Assembly (NCBI GenBank): GCA_035524935.1
Contig: DATLFD010000100.1
Location: forward strand, 57,152-121,151
Direction of reading: 5' to 3'
Length of the DNA: 64,000 nucleotides
Origin: Gammaproteobacteria bacterium
GTDB taxonomy: Bacteria; Pseudomonadota; Gammaproteobacteria; Steroidobacterales; JACDCP01
Shown here: piece by piece, positions 36,050 to 43,150 of the stretch
Numbering within the stretch: the stretch's first letter is position 1
Layout: each line of letters opens with the position of its first letter
Notes under the pieces: model-generated
What the model was told of the DNA's origin: nothing
Databases searched by the model: none
What the model saw: only the letters and a program-made list of their open reading frames with translations
Program-made: the position numbers and the translations under genes

Positions 36050-37488
36050 ACCGGCAGCGCGACGCGAAGGACGGCGAACTCGTCCTTGCCATCGACCAGG
36101 GCGGGCACGCCAGCCGCGCCATTCTCTTCGACGCGCGCGGTGAGCCCTGCGCCGAGGCGTTCGCTCCGCTCGCGACATCCCGGCCGAAGGACGGTTGGGT
36201 CGAGCACGATGCGGAATCGTTGCTCGCATCCGTGCGCACGGCCATAGCGGAAGCGCTGTCGGGCATCGCGGACCGTGCGCGCTTGCGTGCTGCCGGGCTC
36301 GCCACACAGCGCTCGAGCATCGTCTGCTGGGACCGTCGCACCGGCGAGGCGTTGTCGCCGGTGATCTCCTGGCAGGACCGGCGCAATGCAGGCTGGCTGG
36401 AACGGATGCGACTCGATCCGATCGCGGTGCGCGAGACGACCGGCCTCGTGATCTCGCCGCATTACGGCGCGAGCAAGCTCCGCTGGTGCCTCGAGCATCT
36501 GCCGGCAGTGCGTGCGGCGCGCGCGGCGGGCACGCTCGCCGCGGGACCGGTGTCGAGCTTTCTCCTGTACCGGCTGATCGACGCACGCCCGCTGCTCGTC
36601 GACCCGGCCAATGCCTCGCGGACCCTGCTCTGGGATTACCGGCGCCGCGACTGGTCACAACCGCTGCTCGATGCGTTCGATATCCCGCGAGCCGTGTTGC
36701 CCCGGTGCGCCGGCAGCCGTCATCCTTTCGGGGCGCTCGACATCCGCGGCGCGCGCATTCCGCTCGAGGTCTGCACCGGCGACCAGTCTGCGGTGCCTTT
36801 CGCGTTCGGCGAGCCGCGCGCGGACACCGCGTACATCAATATCGGCACCGGCGCATTCATTCAGCGACTGATCGGCCAGGCGCCCGACTCGACGCGCGGT
36901 CTGCTGGTGAGCGTGGCCTGGCAATACGCCGCCGAGGCGGTCTATGCGCTCGAGGGGACGGTCAATGGCGCAGGCAGCGCGCTCGAGAGGATCGGTCGGC
37001 AACTGGGCATCGACCCGGCGGCGGACTTCGACCCCGGCAACGGCGAGCCGCCGCTGTTCCTGAACGGTGTGTCGGGCCTGGGTTCGCCATACTGGCAGCC
37101 ACACTTTGAATCGCGCTTCGTCGGCACCGGCGACGCAAGCGCGTGCCTCCACGCGGTGCTCGAGAGCATCGCGTTCCTGGTCGTGGAAAATCTCCGGCTC
37201 ATGCAGGAGCAGGCCGGGCCGCTCGCCTTCGCCGTCGTGACCGGCGGTCTCGCCTGCCGCGATGCGTTGTGCCGCGTGCTGGCCGACCTGGGCGGCCTCG
37301 CCGTGCTGCGCCCTGACGTGCGTGAAGCCACTGCCCGGGGCCTGGCCTGGCTGGTCGCCGGCCGGCCGGCAGGGTGGCAGGCCGCAGCGCGCCGCTTCGA
37401 GCCTTCGCCTGTGCCGGAACTCGCCGCGCGGCACGCGCGCTGGCAAGCGGCGATGCGAGCGGCCGGCGCCTGCGCCGACCCGGTTTGA
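36046..37488 (+). CDS. FGGY-family carbohydrate kinase (glycerol kinase-like)
   Basis: The GTG overlaps the upstream stop. Contains LAIDQGGHASRAILFD and GWVEHD. Confidence 0.8.
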   Translation: MNRQRDAKDGELVLAIDQGGHASRAILFDARGEPCAEAFAPLATSRPKDGWVEHDAESLLASVRTAIAEALSGIADRARLRAAGLATQRSSIVCWDRRTGEALSPVISWQDRRNAGWLERMRLDPIAVRETTGLVISPHYGASKLRWCLEHLPAVRAARAAGTLAAGPVSSFLLYRLIDARPLLVDPANASRTLLWDYRRRDWSQPLLDAFDIPRAVLPRCAGSRHPFGALDIRGARIPLEVCTGDQSAVPFAFGEPRADTAYINIGTGAFIQRLIGQAPDSTRGLLVSVAWQYAAEAVYALEGTVNGAGSALERIGRQLGIDPAADFDPGNGEPPLFLNGVSGLGSPYWQPHFESRFVGTGDASACLHAVLESIAFLVVENLRLMQEQAGPLAFAVVTGGLACRDALCRVLADLGGLAVLRPDVREATARGLAWLVAGRPAGWQAAARRFEPSPVPELAARHARWQAAMRAAGACADPV

Positions 37489-37513
37489 GGTTCCAGGCGG
37501 GCAGGCGGATCCC

Positions 37514-38494
37514 TCAGACGTCCAAAGCCTCGAACACCTTCTCGTCAATCCAGCTCGAGAGCCCGGGACCCTGCAGGTAGCCGCAATGGCCGCCCAGGTC
37601 GGTCGCCTCCACCGTGAGGCAGGGCGGCGCGGCGAGCCTGTCGATGTCCGCGAACGGGATGATCGGGTCGTCGGCCGCTACGATGATGCGGGAAGCGGCG
37701 TTCAACTCGAGGAGCGCGCCGTCGACGATCGCATAGCCCTTGAGGTACGACGCCAGGTCCGTGAACTCCGAATGATGGCGGACGAGGTAATCGGTCATCT
37801 CGGTCAGCGTTCGCAGGGCCAGCAAGCCGCGGAAATCGTAAACGCCCGGATGGCTCGCCTGCTTGAGCCTGAGCGAGCGCCTCCACCGGCGCAGGAAATA
37901 CAGCCGATAGCCGGGCCATCCGGTTTCGAGTGCCTCGAGCGTGTGCGCGGGGTCGAGCACCGGACAGACCGCGGCGACGCTCGAGACGTCGAGACCTGCA
38001 CGCCGTGCGCGGGCCGCCACGCGCAATGCGAAATTGCCGCCTAGCGAAAACCCGGCCAGGTGCAGGCTGTGTCGCGGATGGTCTGCGGCCAGCCGGCGCA
38101 CGGCGCCGACGACTTCATCGAGCCGGCAGGAATGGAACAGCTCGACGTTGAGCCCGTGGGTGGCGCCATGATCCCGCAGGTTGAGCCGGAAGACGTCGAA
38201 GCCGCGAGCATGCAGGTACGCCGCCGCGGAGATCAGGTACAGCGAATCGGCGCTGCCTTCCCAGCCGTGGAGGAGCACCGCGAGCCGGCGCGGCCCGTCA
38301 TCCGCCCCCCCGCGGCCATCGGCGAGGAAACCCTGCAGCCTCACGCCGGCGCCGCAGTCGAGCACTTGCGGCCGCGAGGCCCGCAGAAGATGGCGCGCCC
38401 GACGCAGCACGAACGGCCTGCGCAGCCAGAAGCTCGCGAGCACGGCTTGCGCATGCGCGTTGCGCGCGTACCGTGCCGGGATGAACTCAGCCAA
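37514..38494 (-). CDS. alpha/beta hydrolase (YheT-like)
   Basis: LLHGWEGS and the nucleophile elbow GFSLGGN. Confidence 0.8.
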   Translation of the reverse strand: MAEFIPARYARNAHAQAVLASFWLRRPFVLRRARHLLRASRPQVLDCGAGVRLQGFLADGRGGADDGPRRLAVLLHGWEGSADSLYLISAAAYLHARGFDVFRLNLRDHGATHGLNVELFHSCRLDEVVGAVRRLAADHPRHSLHLAGFSLGGNFALRVAARARRAGLDVSSVAAVCPVLDPAHTLEALETGWPGYRLYFLRRWRRSLRLKQASHPGVYDFRGLLALRTLTEMTDYLVRHHSEFTDLASYLKGYAIVDGALLELNAASRIIVAADDPIIPFADIDRLAAPPCLTVEATDLGGHCGYLQGPGLSSWIDEKVFEALDV

Positions 38495-38507
38495 GATTCG
38501 CTAGTGA

Positions 38508-39836
38508 CTAGCGTCGGTTTTCCGTGAGCTGGATGCGCACGCGGTTGTTGAGGCTGGCGATCTGGTTCCATTCGCGCGCGGTGGCGCCGCTGGCCGGCGA
38601 GGGATAGTCCACGAGCGGCGCCTCGACACCGAACGGCGCCACCTCGACGCGGATCTCGCCGCCGGTTTGTTCCTCGACGCCGGCGAGAAAGTTCGCGAAG
38701 GCCAGGGAACTGCGCTCGCCGGCATCATAGGCGGGATTGCCGAAGGCATCGCAGCTTCCCGCCGGGCGATCGTCCTGGGGGAACGCATAGCCATCGACAG
38801 TATTGCCGATCATGCAGAAGCGGCCCAGGTGCGTCTCGAGCCGTACGACGCCGGCGAAACCGATCGCCATCAGCCGGTCGATGAGCCCGCGCAGCAGGTC
38901 GAGGCGCCCGTCGTCGAGGGCGATCTCATCGGGCCCGAAGCCGCCGGCCTGATTGACGCTCCATTCGATGGCATCGATGATTGCCGCGTCGTCGTCGCCG
39001 CTGTGCTCGCGTTGCGCGCGCAGATCGCCATGCAGCTCGATCGATTCCTCGGCGGCCGCGATCTGCTGCTCCTCGAGCGCTGCAATGAGCTCGGCATTTT
39101 CCGCCTGCAGTCCGGTCCATCGCCGCTCGGACTCGAAGTACAGGCCGAAAAACAGCAGCGACAGGAACACCAGCGCGCCGATCGACAGCAGCATTGCGAG
39201 CGGCCGGATCGGACGCTTCTCGGGCGGTAGCGGGCGCAATTGCGGCGGGGTGTCGGCGCCGTTGCGCTGCGCGTCCTCTTCCCTGATTTCCTCGACGACG
39301 CGCCGGGCCACAGCCTCGTAGCCTTCGAGCATCTCGCGCTTGAAGACGTCGGTCTGTTCCTGGAACAGCCGTTCCAGGAAATCGCGCAGGTTGGCATCGA
39401 GCTCGCGCACCTCGCGCGCATCGGGCGCCGCGCGAGCGTCTTCCGGCGACACTGCGCTCGCGGCAGGCACGAGGTGCAGCGACTCGAGCACCTTCGACAC
39501 TTCGACGGGCTTGATCTGCTTGGGCAGCACGCCAACCGCGCCGAGCGCGCGCGCCTGCCCGACGTAGAGCTCGCCGCGCTGCGACGTGTACATCATGATC
39601 GGGATGGTCGCCGTCTGCGGATTGTCCTTGATGACGCGCACGGCCTGGAATCCGTCCATGCCCGGCATGAGATGGTCCATGAAAATGACGTCCGGGCGAT
39701 GGTCGCTCAGGTATTCGAGCGCCTCTTCGGCTGATTCAGCGGCGTCGACCTCGAGCTCGTGCGCCTTCAACATGCGGCTCAGGAAAAATCGTGCGGACTT
39801 GGAATCGTCGACGATGAGAGCGCGCTTGGCCGGCAT
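38508..39836 (-). CDS. response-regulator receiver domain protein with one TM and a periplasmic C-terminal domain
   Basis: Start MPAKRALIVDD preceded by GGGAGAGGGG. REC motifs (DVIFMDHLMPGMDG, K in LPKQIKP). TM segment LAMLLSIGALVFLSLLFFGLYF. About 210 aa of C-terminal region ending NNRVRIQL. Confidence 0.75.
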   Translation of the reverse strand: MPAKRALIVDDSKSARFFLSRMLKAHELEVDAAESAEEALEYLSDHRPDVIFMDHLMPGMDGFQAVRVIKDNPQTATIPIMMYTSQRGELYVGQARALGAVGVLPKQIKPVEVSKVLESLHLVPAASAVSPEDARAAPDAREVRELDANLRDFLERLFQEQTDVFKREMLEGYEAVARRVVEEIREEDAQRNGADTPPQLRPLPPEKRPIRPLAMLLSIGALVFLSLLFFGLYFESERRWTGLQAENAELIAALEEQQIAAAEESIELHGDLRAQREHSGDDDAAIIDAIEWSVNQAGGFGPDEIALDDGRLDLLRGLIDRLMAIGFAGVVRLETHLGRFCMIGNTVDGYAFPQDDRPAGSCDAFGNPAYDAGERSSLAFANFLAGVEEQTGGEIRVEVAPFGVEAPLVDYPSPASGATAREWNQIASLNNRVRIQLTENRR

Positions 39837-40006
39837 GTCCCCTCTCCCGATGCGTGCCGCCCTAACCCGGAGCGGCACAGTTATTCTACACGCGCCCTGC
39901 CGGCCGGGCGCAAGCGCCGCGCCGCCCTGTTCTCCTCAGGCAGTCTGTGCTAAAGCGGCACGCCATGCCTGATCATTATTTTTTCCGGACGGACGAGAAA
40001 GCCCGC

Positions 40007-42055
40007 ATGGCGCAATGCTTCGGCACGGCGGTTCTCATTATGTTCACTTCGCCGGTGCATGCCATCGAGTCGCTAGCGCTCGAGATCGGCGATCTGCGCG
40101 CCGGCTTCGGCGCCGCCGAAGGCGTGGTCCTGATCGTCGATTTCGATCGCGACGCGACGCCGGCGGTGTCCCTGCGCGCCGCCACGCTCCTGCTGCCGCC
40201 TCCGCTCGGCCGAATCAGCGAGCTGCGCGTCGACTGCCCCGCCTTGCAGGCGGCCGGCAACCGTTTCCTCTGCGCGCAGGCCAGCGCCTCGGCGGTTTTC
40301 GCGCAGCTCGGTGCGCAGACCCTGCATGCGCGCATCGCATATGACGCCGCGGCGCGGCACATCGAGCTGCACGCCGAGGGGCTCGAGCTTGCACACGCGC
40401 CGATAGAGCTCACTGTCGCCGGCACGGCCGACGACTGGCGCCTCGAGGTCAACGCGCGTGGCCTGGATGCCGCGGCGCTGGCGCAGGTGGCCGCCCGGCT
40501 CGGCCTGCTCGACACTGCGCCCGAGCTCTCAGGCGCCCTCGATATCTCCCTGTCGGCGAGCGGCGGCAGCAACGGTCCGGCGCAGGCTGCCGCGCGCCTG
40601 GCAACCCGGGATTTCGCCGGCAGCGACACTGACGGGCGCCTCGCCGCGGAGGCGCTCGCCCTCGAGCTCGAGCTCGAGCTGCGCAAGGCCGCCGGCACCG
40701 GTTGGGATTTCAAAGCCGCAGGCGCGGCGGCGAGCGGCCAGCTCTATTTCGAGCCCTGGTTCCTCGAGGCCGAGGGCGCACCGCTCGAACTCGAGGCGCG
40801 CGGCACGCTCGATGCGGCAATGCTGCGCGTGAACGAGGCCTCGTACAGGCAGGCTGGCGTCGTATCCGCCTCGGGGGAGGCGCGCATTGCCCTGGCGCCG
40901 CAGCTGCGCGTCGAGACCGCCCGCGTTCGGGTCGACGACGCCCGCTTTCCGGCCGCGTATCGCATTTTTCTGCAGCCCTGGCTGTACGGCGGCGCGTTCG
41001 ACGCGCTTGCCACGTCGGGGCGTGCCGAAGTGGAGCTCGTCGTCGAAAACGCCTCGCTGATCAGCGCCGCGCTCCGCGCGCACGACCTGCATGTCGACGA
41101 CGACAACGGGCGCTTCGCCATCTACGGCCTCGATGGAGAACTGCACTGGCGCGCCGGCGCCGCTGCCCCCGACTCCCGTCTCGCGTGGAATGGCGGATTC
41201 CTCTACGGCATCGGTTACGGCACCGCCGTCGCCGTCGCGCGCCTGAACGAGCGGGGATTCAGCCTGCTCGAGCCGCTGGTTGTGCCGCTGCTCGACGGTT
41301 CGCTGCGCATTGCCGAGCTCGCCGTCGACAGCGAGCCGGAGCTCGCGGTGAGCTTCGACGCGGAGCTCGAGCCCGTCGATATGCGCGCGCTCACCGCGGC
41401 GCTCGGCTGGCCGTCGTTCGCCGGCCAGCTTTCCGGCCGCATTCCGGAGCTGAGCTACGATGCAGGCGTGGTCACACTCGGCGGCGATCTTCGCGCGCAA
41501 GTCTTCGGCGGCACGGTCACAGTGGAGAACCTGCAGCTGCGCGAGCCGCTCGGCGACCTGCCCAGGCTCGACGCCGACGTGCGCATCCGCGCGCTCGATC
41601 TCGATACTCTCACCGACACCTTCGAAATCGGCCGAATCGAGGGCCGTCTCGATGGCGATATCGACGGGCTGCGCCTGTTTCGCTGGTCGCCCGTCGCCTT
41701 CGACGCGGACTTCCACACCCCCGCCGACGACGACTCCAGGCACCGTATCAGCCAGCGCGCCGTGGAGAGCATCTCGAGCCTCGGCGGCGGGGGTGGCGCG
41801 GCGGGCGTGCTCTCCGGCGGCTTTCTCCAATTCTTCGAAAGCTTCGCCTATGCACGACTCGGCCTGGGTTGCCGGCTGGAGAATGGCGTCTGCCATATGC
41901 ATGGCGTCGCCGCCGCGCCGCAGGGTTATTACATCGTGCAGGGCAGGTGGCTACCCCGCATCGACGTTATCGGTTATGCGGATCGCGTCGACTGGCCGGT
42001 GCTGGTCGAGCAGCTCAAGAGCCTCACGAAGGTCGATGAAGCCGTCGTGCAATGA
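40007..42055 (+). CDS. YdbH-like AsmA-family (intermembrane transport / DUF748-type) protein
   Basis: N-terminal anchor MAQCFGTAVLIMFTSPVHA. Long repetitive beta-rich body. C-terminal ...YYIVQGRWLPRIDVIGYADRVDWPVL. Followed by a ynbE/ydbL-like gene. Alternative starts at 39947 and 39965. Confidence 0.65.
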   Translation: MAQCFGTAVLIMFTSPVHAIESLALEIGDLRAGFGAAEGVVLIVDFDRDATPAVSLRAATLLLPPPLGRISELRVDCPALQAAGNRFLCAQASASAVFAQLGAQTLHARIAYDAAARHIELHAEGLELAHAPIELTVAGTADDWRLEVNARGLDAAALAQVAARLGLLDTAPELSGALDISLSASGGSNGPAQAAARLATRDFAGSDTDGRLAAEALALELELELRKAAGTGWDFKAAGAAASGQLYFEPWFLEAEGAPLELEARGTLDAAMLRVNEASYRQAGVVSASGEARIALAPQLRVETARVRVDDARFPAAYRIFLQPWLYGGAFDALATSGRAEVELVVENASLISAALRAHDLHVDDDNGRFAIYGLDGELHWRAGAAAPDSRLAWNGGFLYGIGYGTAVAVARLNERGFSLLEPLVVPLLDGSLRIAELAVDSEPELAVSFDAELEPVDMRALTAALGWPSFAGQLSGRIPELSYDAGVVTLGGDLRAQVFGGTVTVENLQLREPLGDLPRLDADVRIRALDLDTLTDTFEIGRIEGRLDGDIDGLRLFRWSPVAFDADFHTPADDDSRHRISQRAVESISSLGGGGGAAGVLSGGFLQFFESFAYARLGLGCRLENGVCHMHGVAAAPQGYYIVQGRWLPRIDVIGYADRVDWPVLVEQLKSLTKVDEAVVQ

Positions 42056-42069
42056 ACTCGGGTAAACTC

Positions 42070-42172
42070 GGTGCCGGGGTTCGGTATTTCGGTATTTTCC
42101 GGCAGCATCCTCCGACATGCCCGTGATTCCAAAGCTCACGGCCGAGGCACCGCAATACCGAACCCCGGCACC
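42070..42172. repeat. 19-bp perfect inverted repeat with a 65-bp spacer in the ydbH / ynbE-ydbL intergenic region
   Basis: GGTGCCGGGGTTCGGTATT (42070-42088) is the exact reverse complement of 42154-42172. Confidence 0.7.
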
Positions 42173-42203
42173 TGAAACCGGGCACCCTGGAACTGGAGCC
42201 ACC

Positions 42204-42815
42204 ATGCGACGAGCACTGCCCCTCCACGTCACGATCGCCGGGCTGTTCCTGGCGGCCTGTGTCACGATCAACGTTTATTTTCCTGAAGCGGCCGCCGAAA
42301 GGGCAGCCGACCGGGTCATCGACAATGTCTGGGGCCAGCAGCCTGCAGAGACCCCGGCGGTGGTGCCGCCGGCGACCGGTGGGGCCACGGCGCCTCCGTC
42401 CAGCCTGTTCGCGCGGGCCGGGCTCGGCCTGCTCGATATCGTCCTGCCAGCCGCGCATGCACAGGCGAATTTCGATATCTCCACGCCGGCCATCAATGCG
42501 CTCGTCGAGTCCATGAAGCAGCGCTTCGCTTCCCTCGAGCCCTGGTTCAACTCCGGTGCGATCGGACTTGCGGGCGACGCCACCATCGAGATCCGCGACC
42601 GAAACCTCGTGCCGCTCGCCGAGCGCAATCGGGTGCGGCAACTCGTCGCCGACGAGAATGCCGACCGCAACAAGCTCTATAGGGAGATCGCCGAGGCCAA
42701 CGGCCACCCCGAATGGGAAAGCCAGGTGCGGGAAACGTTCGCCGAACGCTGGATTGCCCGGGCCCGCGGCGGATGGTACTACCGGAACGAAAACGGCGAG
42801 TGGACGCAGAAATAA
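42204..42815 (+). CDS. fused YnbE-like lipoprotein / YdbL (DUF1318)-like periplasmic protein
   Basis: Start MRRALPLHVTIAGLFLAAC (lipobox) after GGAG. The mid-protein segment GLGLLDIVLPAAHA-QA looks like a retained signal peptide. The C-terminal half matches E. coli YdbL as I recall it (ADENADRNKLY...GGWYYRNENGEWTQK). Confidence 0.7.
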   Translation: MRRALPLHVTIAGLFLAACVTINVYFPEAAAERAADRVIDNVWGQQPAETPAVVPPATGGATAPPSSLFARAGLGLLDIVLPAAHAQANFDISTPAINALVESMKQRFASLEPWFNSGAIGLAGDATIEIRDRNLVPLAERNRVRQLVADENADRNKLYREIAEANGHPEWESQVRETFAERWIARARGGWYYRNENGEWTQK

Positions 42816-43150
42816 GCCGCTTTGCCGCAACCTGCCGGGTCTGCGCGGGGTCGAATCCCCTGAGGGGTGGCACGGCAAGCGCGAATCCAGGCTCTATCAC
42901 TTGAAATGCCCGTTTTATGTTAAAAAGGCTGGCGTGCCGCCGGACGGTGTGCTTTGCTGTCGGCCGTTGCTGCGAGACGCCGCACTGCGGCTTCGGGCCG
43001 TGCGCATCGGACGGGTCGCGCGCTATCAAACAACAATAACGAGCCGGCGGGACCGGCCTCACCCCGAGCTGTGCTTTCGCCGCCGGGGAAGCCGGTGATG
43101 ACCATGACCGAGGGGTTTTACCGCAGTCGAATGCTTGCCGGGGCGCGTGC

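Noticed and set aside
34085-36658. 857-aa ORF on the minus strand, the longest in the track
   Set aside because: It runs antisense to three well-supported plus-strand genes (GDPD, GlpD-like, FGGY kinase). It is Arg/Ala/Pro/Gly-rich with no recognisable motifs. This is the typical high-GC antisense artefact.
42847-42875. tRNA/tmRNA-like T-arm (GGGGTCGAATCCCC) suggesting a tRNA gene or an att-site remnant
   Set aside because: No complementary 5' acceptor strand, D-arm or anticodon arm can be built in the preceding 60 nt. The 3' side ends TGGCA rather than a discriminator plus CCA context. No integrase is nearby.
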